DNA of 62,978 nucleotides, counting the filler, from Octopus bimaculoides (Eukaryota): the NCBI RefSeq assembly GCF_001194135.2. It is 4 parts of 4 records of this genome, joined end to end, with 100 filler letters (N's around TTAATTAATTAA, not from the genome) between each part and the next. Parts side by side here need not be neighbours in the genome. Positions count along the whole stretch, not along the records: positions 50,278 to 53,192 come from NC_068983.1; positions 53,293 to 62,978 come from NC_068990.1; 2 more parts are not named here. One strand, given 5' to 3'. This document shows positions 52,306-62,978 of the stretch, one piece after another. Within the stretch, counting starts at the first letter, position 1. Every line of letters starts with the position of its first letter. The translations under genes were made by a program, and so were the position numbers. The notes below the pieces were generated by a model. It saw nothing but the letters and a program-made list of their open reading frames with translations. It made no database searches and was not told where the DNA came from.

Positions 52306-52351
<46 letters not shown>

Positions 52352-52768
52352 GTACACTGAACAAAAAATTTTAAAATTATTCTGTACTTATCACTACAGG
52401 AGGGAAAATGTATTTCATCTGTATCATGGGTCAATGAATACACACGTGTGTACACCCACGTGCACATGCATGCATACACACAGCCACACACACATACACA
52501 CACATGCATGTACATATGCACGCACACAAACATGCACATTTGCTTGTAAACACATACTATTATACGTATGCTGTTTCCCCCTCCCTCCCTCTCTCACTCT
52601 TTCTTCTTCTTCGTCTTCGTCTTCTTCTTCTTCTTTTTCTCCGCTTTTTGCTCCCCTGTTTTTTTTTTTTTGTTATTCACATACAGAAAGACATAAAAAC
52701 ATAGTTGCATCTGGGAAAATTAAATGGAAGTATATTAAAGATTCCCATCATCAATTTGAAAAACCTTT

Positions 52769-52816
<48 letters not shown>

Positions 52817-53555
52817 TCTCGCGATCTCTCCTCCTCTCTCTCCCTCACTATGTTTGTGTGTGCATGTGAGTGTGTGTGTGCCTGGGTGTGTAATACATAT
52901 ATCTATATACAGAATTTATACAAATAGGAATATGAGTGCGTTGTTGTTTAGATATACTAATGTGTAGGTACATGAACATATCCATATATTTGCATATGTG
53001 TGTATGTGTGTGTGTATATATGTGTGTGTGTAAGAATATATATGTTTATATTTATATATAGAGATATACACACACACACATATATATATATACACATACA
53101 CACACACACATATATATCTATATACACACACATACATATATACGTATATGTATGTACACATATACGTATATATGTGGATATATATATATATANNNNNNNN
53201 NNNNNNNNNNNNNNNNNNNNNNNNNNNNNNNNNNNNTTAATTAATTAANNNNNNNNNNNNNNNNNNNNNNNNNNNNNNNNNNNNNNNNNNNNATATATAT
53301 ATAAATGTATGTGTGTATATATATAAATGTGCGTGTGCGCGTATGTATGTGTGTATATATGTACATATATGTGTGTGCGTATATGCGTGTATGTATATGT
53401 ATGCATGTGTGTATGTATATATACGTATGTACATGCAAAGGTATAAGGGTTAATTTAGACAGGCGTTTCAGCCGCAGAATGGTGGCAACTGTATTGCAGT
53501 TGTCATAATACTTATGGTAGTAGTAATAGTAGTAGTAGCAGCAGTAACAGCAGCT

Positions 53556-53662
<107 letters not shown>

Positions 53663-53810
53663 AGTAGTGGTGGTGGTTGTAGCCGTGGTAGTGGTAGTGG
53701 TGCTTGTCGTGGTGGTAGTTTAATGGTGGTGTTAGAATTAGTGGTGTTTACGTTGTATAGTTGGTGTTAATGATTACACTGGCGGTGAGGAAGGTAGTGT
53801 TTAGGACTGA

Positions 53811-54025
53811 TGTCAGCGGCGGAAATGACGTCACCGCTTATTGCGGGATAAAAAGAAAATGTAATCCAGTTCGTCTTCAATCTCGTCTCATCGCAGTTCA
53901 CCAGACACGTATTTCCGCAGCTAGCTTTTTTAGCGGAGCTGCAGTCCTGGGTAAAACAGAGACCGAGGGGGAACATTTGGAAAGTGGAATATTTTAAAGC
54001 GCTCACAACCCTCAGCCAATCGGAC
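53811..54025. promoter_or_regulatory. CpG-rich segment with ETS/CRE composite and CCAAT motifs
   Basis: CGGAAATGACGTCA at 53820-53833 and AGCCAATCG at 54014-54022. It could equally be a DNA-transposon remnant. Confidence 0.3.
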
Positions 54026-54059
54026 ACTGTGATAGATTGAACGTCCACTTTAACTTTTT

Positions 54060-54925
54060 ATAGAGAACTAGTGGAGGTAAAGTGCGACGACGTTCCTCGG
54101 GAGACCTTGGGATCGAAGAGATCAGCTAGCCGCTCTTTTCTGGAGAACTTTCGGCCCAGGACCAATGGATAATTTCCAAAAGCCTCTAGCCTGGCAGTGG
54201 TACCAGGGAGCTTTGCCTGTTCGAGATAAATTTACAGATACAGAAGTGCCATCAGCCGAGCATGTCTGATATGCGCGCAGGATGACGAGACGGTACTGCA
54301 TGCACTCGTCCAGTGCCCGAGCATTGCTGAGCTGTGGATTTATGTCGAACACGTGTGAGACGGATCCGGCTGTCAACTGTATCCATCGTGGAGATCGCCT
54401 CACCGCTTTCCTTTAACTGAGAAGGAAACACTGTATGTATATGTTTGGTGGCTATGGCGAAAGAGTTTTATGGTGGACGAGATTGAAGGGGCTGAAGACA
54501 AATACTTTTCCATTTTTGGCCAATCCCTGATCAACTTCTTCAAGTTTCACTTGAAAAGGAAAATAAGGGTAGAGAGAGAAGTGTTGTTTTTCAGCCAATT
54601 TGCTGAAAGGTGGATGAAAGTGGCGAGAATTGTGCGGGTGAACGGGCTTGCACTGAGCATACGCCTGTAGTTGGAAAAAGAAGAAAGGAAAAAAGCACCC
54701 GCCCCAAAAGTCAGGGAACCCTTGGTGTTTTTTATGGGGTTTTTCCATGCGCAACCCTCGAAAGTCTCCTCCCTATTGAGGATCACACATTGTTGATTTT
54801 GAAGATTTTTTATTGGTCTTGTTTACACGTAAAACCCTCACAGCACACACACACACACACATTCTTTGTTTTGTCCTGTACCGTCCATAGTGTTCTTAAT
54901 ATAAACCCTTGTGGTTAATAAAGAA
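54060..54925 (+). mobile_element. L1/Tx1-clade LINE 3' end
   Basis: LAWQWYQGALPVRDK, then the CX2CX8HX4C knuckle CLICAQDDETVLHALVQC (54263-54316) and a C-terminal FFKFHLKRKIRVERE..RWMKVA. The 3' UTR ends AATAAAG plus (ATC)n. Confidence 0.8.
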
Positions 54926-54994
54926 ATCATCATCATCGTCATCATCGCCATCATCATCATCATCATCATCGTCATTATTATTATTATCATTATT

Positions 54995-55046
<52 letters not shown>

Positions 55047-55082
55047 CCACCATCATCATCATTATCATCATTATTATTATTA

Positions 55083-57247
55083 CACTGGTCTACAAGGTTT
55101 TTGGTGTGTAGGAAACAGACATCATTCCTATACAAAATCGGTCTCCTGAATCCAAATATAACCTTCTTTTTGACCTATCAGATCTAGTTTTTAAGTTATT
55201 GAACATCCCTATAGTCACTATGTATGTGCGTACATCCAGTACGCGGTGTTCGTTCCCTTATTCTAATTCTAAGTTTTTTTTCTTTTTCCATATTTTTTAG
55301 ATGTTATGGTGAACTAAGCAATACAAAATGAGTAAGATGTCCTCTTCAAGGAAGTATTGCGTTAATTCTCCAAATGTGTTTTGTTATGTTTGTGGAGAAT
55401 ACACATTACCTGAAAATCGAAAAGACATCACTGATTTTGTTGAAAGAGCGTATATGGTATATTCTGAGGTCAAGCTGGGAAACCAAAATAAATATTGGGC
55501 ACTGCATAGTGTTTGCAAACAATATACTGAACATTTGCAACAATGGACTAAAGGGACAAGGAAAACTGTGAGGCTTGTTATACCAATGGTATGGTGAGAG
55601 CCCTATAATCACGTGGACCACTACTATTTTTGTAACCTAAATTTGAAGGGTATTAACCGGAAAAATCGACAAATGCTTGCCTGTCCTAATCTTGCTTCTG
55701 CTAGTAGACCGGTTCTACACAGTGAAGAGGTCTCTGTTCCTGTCTTCGATGTCTTGCTTCAGATAACTTTACCCTCAACCAAAGAATTTTCATCACCTGA
55801 AGATGACATTAGAGATCAAGACTTTTCACTTGAGACTTTACCTCTGCTATTCTCCCAGATAGAGCTGAATGGTCTAGTTCGTAACTTGAATCTCCCAAAA
55901 AATTCTGCAGAACTGTTGGCTTCCCGACTGAAAGAGAGGAATCTTCTAGAGAATGGTGTCCGTATAACCTTTAATCAGAGTCGGCACAAAGAATTCCTTT
56001 CTTTCTTCACAAAAGAGGAAGAGCGGGTTTACTGCAGAGAGATGTCAGTGGGCGTCTTAATAAATTTGGCATTGAGGAATACAAAACTAGAGGAATAGCG
56101 TCTTTTCATAGACAGCTCTAAGCATAGTTTAAAATGTGAATTGTTGCACAGCGGAATAGTGTATGGTTCTGTCTTACTCGACCACTCAGCAACCCTGAAG
56201 GAAAAATATGAAGAAATTAAGTTGGTTTTAGAGAAGATACTGTATCATGATCATAAATGGGTCATCTGCGTTGACTTAAAGATGGTGAATTTTCTCATGG
56301 GACAGCAATCAGGTTATACCAAATACCCATGCTTTCTTTGCACGTGGGACAGTAGAGGCTGAATAAACCGCTATGTTAAGAAAGATTGGCCGCCTCTAAT
56401 ATGCCTCCATGTAGAGCTGCCAATATATTGGCAGAACCTTTAGTTGAGCGAGATGAGATCATTTACCCGCCTCTGCACATCAAACTCGGATTGATCAAGC
56501 AATTCGTCAAAGCTCTTGACAAAGATGGGGTGTGCTTCAAATATATCTTCAGTGTATTTCCAGACTTGACGATTGAAAAACTTAAAGCAGGGATTTTTGA
56601 TTGACCACAGATCTTGAAAGACACAAATTTTGTTTGACCACAGTTTTTGAAGGACACAAATTTCGTGAAAACGATAAGCGAAAATGAATCATCAGCTTGG
56701 CTAGCCATTGCAGAAGTAGTGCAAAATTTCCTTGGGGAAACACAAAAGTGAAAATTATAAAGACCTTGTTACCAACTTGATATCAACTTTCCGTGATATT
56801 GGCGCGAATATGAGCATCAAAAATGCGTTATCATTTTAGTCATCTTGGTCGTTTTCCTGAAAACTAGCGATTTCGTCAAGACATCAAGGAGATCGAAACT
56901 CAGTACTAAGGATATCAGGACGCTGTGATGATGGCAGATTATTGCTGGGGTTTAAAACGAGATACTCTTGTTGCTTAACATTATTCATTGAATTTTCTGC
57001 CAAAAATATTTGCCAATGTGCATTTTCAATTTTGAATTTTTATTTGTACTTTGTTTTGTGTTGCGCTCTCTTTATTGATTCATATTATATGCCTCTTGTA
57101 TGAATAAAATACTTACTCTATCAGGTCTAGTCAGAAAAAGAGACATGATAGAGAAAAACTATTATTTTTGAATTTAGCAGGTAAAATCCCTTAAGAATTC
57201 GTTGAAATATTCCAGGTACCAGATAAATTTTTTTTTGCTGCTCAATG
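55083..57247 (+). mobile_element. Near-complete Chapaev3-like (CMC superfamily) DNA transposon, transposase disrupted
   Basis: TTA|CACTG...CAATG|TTA ends. Transposase remnants 55328-~56970: CVNSPNVFCYVCGEY, HSVCKQ, PMVW*EP.NH..YYFC, ICVDLKMV, GYTKYPCFLCTWDSR, PPLHIKLGLIKQFVKAL. The family name is from recognition. Confidence 0.75.
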
Positions 57248-57261
57248 TTATTACTATTATT

Positions 57262-59064
57262 ATCTTTGCATAGCTTCTAACACTGGAGATGTACTACGGT
57301 GTCAGCTGTTCACAACCAGTGGACTAAGGTAAAACTACCAGTGAATTAAGGTAATACCCCTTATTTTTTGAGGACCACCATCCGGAGTATTCGAGCGGTT
57401 CCAAGCAGAGCTGTTTTCTGCAAGTGCTCCATCCTTATTGTAGCTCCAATTTGTTCCAAGTACTTCTGAAGATTTTTGCTCACTGTTCCCAGGGTTCTGA
57501 CAATTATTGGTACTGCTACCACTTTTTTCAGCGGCCACAACTGCTTAAACTCCTAAGCTAACCTGTTAAATCTATCGACTTTTCTTTCTTCCTTATCGCA
57601 TACGTTGTTGTCAGTTAGGCGTGCTATGTCTATGATCCAGCATCATTTGCTTTCTTTCTCAATTAAGACTATGTCTGGTTTCCTATTCTCTATCTCATGT
57701 TCGCACTGAATCATAACATCCCATAGGATCCTTGCATTATCATTTCCGATGATCTCTTCAGGTTTATGTTCGTACCACTTTTGCTCTGTCAAGTCCATAC
57801 TTGTTGCAAAGTGTCTAATGGACAATCCTTGCTATATTGTCATAACGTCTCTTATATTCTTTCTGGGCTAGTGGCGTACATTGACTGGTATATATCATAT
57901 TGTTTCACCATTTTGTCCACAAATTCTGCACTTATTACTTTCTGATGTGTTGTCTATTCTGCATTTGATGTAATTGGTTCTTAATGCTTGCTCTTGAGCA
58001 GCACAGATTAGAGCCTCCATTTCCGGTTTTAAATCACTTTTAGTCATCCATAGCTATCTTCTTTCTCTGTCTGTCTTATCTTCAACATCCCTATGAAATT
58101 GTTCATGCATTCTTTTTTTTATCCACTTATTTTCAGTTACATTCATTCTGAAGTGCTTGTACAGTGCTTTATCTTTGCAATCTTCCGTCCTAATCAAGCC
58201 TGACCTTCTTACTTCCAATAATAGCGGTTCTGAGGCGTTTTTTACATACCATGCTATGTTGTTTTCTTCTGCTCTAATGCTGTGTTTTCATCCAATAAGT
58301 CCTCTTCCCCCTCTTTTTCTTGGTACATACAGTCTGTCCGTGTTACATTTTGGGTGGGGTATCCCATGTCTAGTCAGCAACTTCCTTGTCTTTCTGTCTA
58401 AGCTGTTTAGTTCGTCTACTCTCCATGCGATTACTCCTGCTCCATATCTAAGGAGTGAAATCGCCCAGGTGTTGATTGCTTCAATCTTATTCCGTTCGTT
58501 TAATTTCGACTTAAGGATCAGTCTCAGTCTGCACAAGTATTCCACCTTAAATTTTCCTGTCATTTCTTTTTCCATCAATTTATCCATTTCCAATATCCCC
58601 AAATACTTATAGCCCATCTCTTCTATCTGCATCATAACCTTCCCCGACAGTATCGCTAGCCAGTTCATACATTTGTCTTTACCTCTCTTCAAGACTAACA
58701 TACCACAATTTTTCAGTTCGAACTCCATTTTGATATCAGCACTGAAAGTATACATCGTATCAACAAGGGAACTGACTTGTGTACAGTACAAAGATCAGTG
58801 GGGACAGGCATCCCACTTGGAAGATGCTTCTCCTTATTTCTATTGTCCCTAAACTTCTTCCATATGCTGTCAGTTCCGTCTTCTATTTTCACCATAATTT
58901 TCCCAAGCAATCGCTGAACATTCGATGCAATACCAAATAGGTTTATACATTCCATAATCCAAGAATGTGGGATCAAATTGTAGCCTTACGATAATCGATC
59001 CATGACATGCCTAAGTTAGTTTTCCTCCTCTTGCAGTCTCTAAGTACTGTTTTGACAACCAGGT
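57262..59064 (-). mobile_element. 5'-truncated R4/Dong-clade LINE with restriction-like endonuclease
   Basis: WIDYRKA..PHSW; RLYVPRKRGGRGL; CRICGQNGETI knuckle remnant; WDVMIQCEHEIENRKPDIVLIEK (REL). Flanked by TAA repeats. The YxDD segment is deleted. Confidence 0.85.
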
Positions 59065-59083
59065 ATTATTATTATTATTATTA

Positions 59084-59134
<51 letters not shown>

Positions 59135-59153
59135 GTTGTTGTTGTTGTTGTTA

Positions 59154-59204
<51 letters not shown>

Positions 59205-59350
59205 GTAGTAGTAGTAGTAGTAATTTGACATACACAGGAACGATTTCTACAATGGCTACCACCTGGAGGTGGTGAGGAGCATCACTATTGAGAAAATATA
59301 TCGAATTCTATAAAGTGATGACTGTAGCTGTGTGTGTGTGTGTATTTGTT

Positions 59351-59428
<78 letters not shown>

Positions 59429-60938
59429 TAACAGTATTGTCTGCGACACTCGTGTCACATAGCTGAACGTGTAACAAGTTCATTTCGAAATCACGGGACC
59501 CCAGGTTCGAACCCACTGCATTGTATCTTTGTTAAGTGTCTTTTACTGTAGCCTTCGGTCTACCCAAACCTAGTTAATGACATTTATGAGATGGAAAGTC
59601 TGTGGCAGCCTGTTGAATGGATTGTATCTGAAGGCCCACCGTTCGCACACAATCTGGGTCACATTGATTCTGTCGGAAAATTCTGTTTAGGATACACAGG
59701 CCTGTCCGATGTTCTATTATCAAACACGCCAATTCAATAAGCAGGTTTAGTACTCACCGTGGAGATCGACGGAGATCCACCAAATATTTTGACTTTTATT
59801 ACCAGAGATGAAGAATGAGGGAGTGTTATGATGGTGTTGTCTTTGTTAATCATCAATATACTTGTTGTGGTATAAGGCCTGTTGTTTAACCTCAGGTCAG
59901 TCCTGATCAAGTACACCTACAATATACATAACCTATATTCGCGGCCATCTCGTATATTCAGGGCAACATTGTCAATATGATGTGAAGACTTTGTTTTTAT
60001 CTCGAGAGGGTCATTTTGCCAATAATAAATACACGCACTAATTCTACATTTTTAACTGTCAATTGCCAATAGGTTAACCATTTAACCAGTTAACCACTCA
60101 ATTGTTTGGTTAACTGCTCAGTCAATCAAGCAGTCAGTTACTGCAGATCGCAGGTCTACAGTAGAGGGGGCATGTCATTGAAGAGGTCGCGAATCGGCAA
60201 CGAAAGGAGTTTCACAAGCAAAACGGATCGGTTGAATCCTCGAACGATTAATCAAATAATCAATTAGTAAATTAGTTAAATGTTTATCAAATTCACAAAT
60301 AAACAATAAAGAAATGAAATAGAACCATGCGTGTGTTTATTAGTGGTAAAATGATCCTCCTAAGGTAAATACATAATCTATTTCAACACACAAGATCTTG
60401 CAAACCAAGTGCAAAACGAAATATGCGAAGATTTCGCTGACATTTCTAGCAGGTCAATTGTCTACGTAAAGTTTCCCCTGCTATCCGTGGTGGTAGCAGC
60501 GGTGGTGGCTGTGATGGTGGTGATAGTAATGGTAGTGTTGGCGGTGCGTGGCGGGGGGGGGGCTAATAATGACTGTAGCGGTGGTAGTGCTGCTGCTGCC
60601 ATCAGGCAGGCGAAATGAGCAGCTGTGAAAACAAAATGAATTGTTTGTAGAGAACATGATAATGATGATGACGACGACGACGACGACGATGGTGATGGTG
60701 ACAATGATGATGATGGTGATGGTGGTGGTGATGACGATAACGATGATGATGATGGTGGTGCTGGAGGTGGTGGTGACGACGACGACAACAACGATGAGGA
60801 TGATGATAATGACGACGACAAGATGATCATTGTGGTGGAGATATAGGCAGCGGCACTGATGGTGACGAAGGCGGTAATGATGATGTCAATATCGAGACCT
60901 GTTGGTCTGTTGAACAACTACCAGCAGTATGCGGCTCT

Positions 60939-62978
60939 CTAATGGCATTCAGTTATCTTAACAGATATAAAAAAGCACAAACCATAGTCCGTGGTTTGAG
61001 GCACAATCACGACAGCCAACTGACCATCACCACCGAACTTCATCTGCAATATAAAGTACCAAAACCACCACCACCACCACCACCACCACCGCTGCCGCTG
61101 TTCTCTTGACCGGAAGGTTCTTAAGATCCAGGAGCTCATCCTACGAGCTATATTGACCTTATTGTTGATGTGGGCACTCCAATTGAGATTGTTGCCAACG
61201 ACTACACCCAGATCTCTGATATTGTTGGATGCCGTGAGCGGGTCCCCTGAAGGAAGGGAGTATGGCTGTTTTAGTGTGAACTTTCTTCCAAAATGCATCA
61301 GCTCAAATTTTCCCTCGTTCAGTTTCATTTTGTTTTTATCTGCCCATTGACTCATAGCATATAGATCAGTCTGGAGTTGGGTTCGGTCTTCTTTTTCTTT
61401 GATGATTTGCTGGAGCTTAGTGTCATCAGCAAATATTTTGACTTTGCAGTGATTTACGACGCTGGAAAGGTCATTTATATAAATTATAAAGAGGANNNNN
61501 NNNNNGCACTCCAATTGAGATTGTTGCCAACGACTACACCCAGATCTCTGATATTGTTGGATGCCGTGAGCGGGTCCCCTGAAGGAAGGGAGTATGGCTG
61601 TTTTAGTGTGAACTTTCTTCCAAAATGCATCAGCTCAAATTTTCCCTCGTTCAGTTTCATTTTGTTTTTATCTGCCCATTGACTCATAGCATATAGATCA
61701 GTCTGGAGTTGGGTTCGGTCTTCTTTTTCTTTGATGATTTGCTGGAGCTTAGTGTCATCAGCAAATATTTTGACTTTGCAGTGATTTACGACGCTGGAAA
61801 GGTCATTTATATAAATTATAAAGAGGAGTGGGCCCAAGACAGTCCCCTGAGGGACACCACTGGTGACTTTTGCTGGGCTTGAGTGAACTCCATCGACCAC
61901 AAGTTCTTGTGTTCTATTATCCAGGAAAGACTTAATCCAGTGTAGAAGTTTTCCACGAATTCCAACATTTGCCAATTTTGTGAGTAAGATATTATGGTCA
62001 ACCCTGTCGAACGCTTTACTGAAGTCAAGATATATGACACCAGCGTTCGAACCTGTTCCCAAGGCTTTAAATATATCTTCCATGTGGTGTAAGAGCTGTG
62101 TTAGACAGTCCCTGCTACAGCGAAAGCCATGCTGGTTTGCATTTAGGAGTTTTTTAGGTCTCCAGGAAGTCAGCTATTCGTGATCTTACCACCCTTTCAA
62201 ACACTTTAATGATGTGGGAGGTGGGTGAAATTGGGCGATAGTTGACTGCGAGGGATCTATTTACCTGTTTGAAAACCGGGATGACAGACTGGGATAGGAG
62301 CTGTTTCGGTATATAACCTGAGTCTAAAGAATTTCTCCAGACGTTGGTCAGAGGGACTGCAAGTTGGTGTCTACATTCCTTCAGGAGACTTGCGGGGAAT
62401 CTATCAGGGCCTACAGCAGAATAGCATTTGACCTCATTTATTGCTGCTATGATGTNNNNNNNNNNGAGGTATTTTAATTGGTTGATTTTTTTATTGAGTC
62501 TTTTGATGCGCCTGATGAGTGCTTTTTTCTTTTTAGGGATCCGGTTTCTGTTCGTGTTAGTGGATTTCGTAGGAGCGTGTTTTGAGCATGTATAAGTGAC
62601 GATGTTCTCAAAGTGTTGCCATAATCGATGAAGGACAGATCCTTTCTGATTGCTCCCCAGTCCGCTTTGTGGAAGTTTATGTTGTCAAATGAGTGCCGTG
62701 GAGCAGGATTGGCTGGTTTGGTTTTGATATGCCGGGAATTAAAATTGTAGAGTATCATGTCGTGGTCTGAGAGGAGAGTTTTTTCAACTGAAATACTGTG
62801 AACGGAGCTAGAGTGGTTGGTTAATATTAGATCCAAGATCGTTTTATTCTGTATTGTTGGTTCGAGCACTAGCTGAGTCAGGAAGAATTTATCCATTAGA
62901 TTAAAGAGTAATTCTGCTGCTGCTTTATCTAATGTAGAGCATCTGCCTAACTTTAGAGTATTTGTGGGCCAGTTTATA
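60939..62978 (-). mobile_element. CR1/Jockey-group LINE fragment (end of APE endonuclease plus RT)
   Basis: LDLILTNH..LLSDHDMILY; YLDFSKAFDRVDH; SGVPQGTVLGPLLFIIYINDL; FADDTKL. Interrupted by two 10-N gaps. Confidence 0.9.

Noticed and set aside
60165-60250. Short plus-strand reading RGHVIEEVANRQRKEFHKQNGSVESSND*
   Set aside because: It is too short, has a weak acceptor context and no upstream partner.
61174-61826. ~320-bp exact tandem duplication in the CR1 RT
   Set aside because: It straddles a 10-N gap and is identical, so it is an assembly overlap artefact.

Overview
AT-rich (low-GC), microsatellite-saturated animal genomic DNA from a gapped draft scaffold. The tRNA-derived SINE families and the TE mix look like those of a coleoid cephalopod (Octopus-like); this is inferred from recognition, not from a search. 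The only host gene I can support is absent from the supplied ORF track. It consists of six plus-strand exons (5314-5448, 5990-6080, 9499-9623, 12524-12652, 21799-21892, 23065-23174) with canonical AG/GT sites and matching phases, which splice into 228 stop-free codons of tandem, divergent CUB-like domains (three exons per domain). Two weaker candidate exons lie at 41538-41647 and 44541-44654. Everything else is mobile DNA or simple repeat: a Mutator-like foldback element with a (TTAGGG)n core, maT/DD37D-like and mariner remnants, a decayed Mag-like Gypsy element with a nested solo LTR and a fold-back in gag, RTE/RTE-X, L1/Tx1, R4/Dong and CR1 LINEs, a near-complete Chapaev3-like transposon, MITEs, a Penelope-type end with a degenerate minimal hammerhead ribozyme, and many SINEs. 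The first ~24.6 kb is visibly CpG-depleted relative to 35-48 kb and 54-63 kb. No CRISPR array, rRNA or bona fide tRNA gene is supported, and most listed ORFs are translations of microsatellites or N-gaps.
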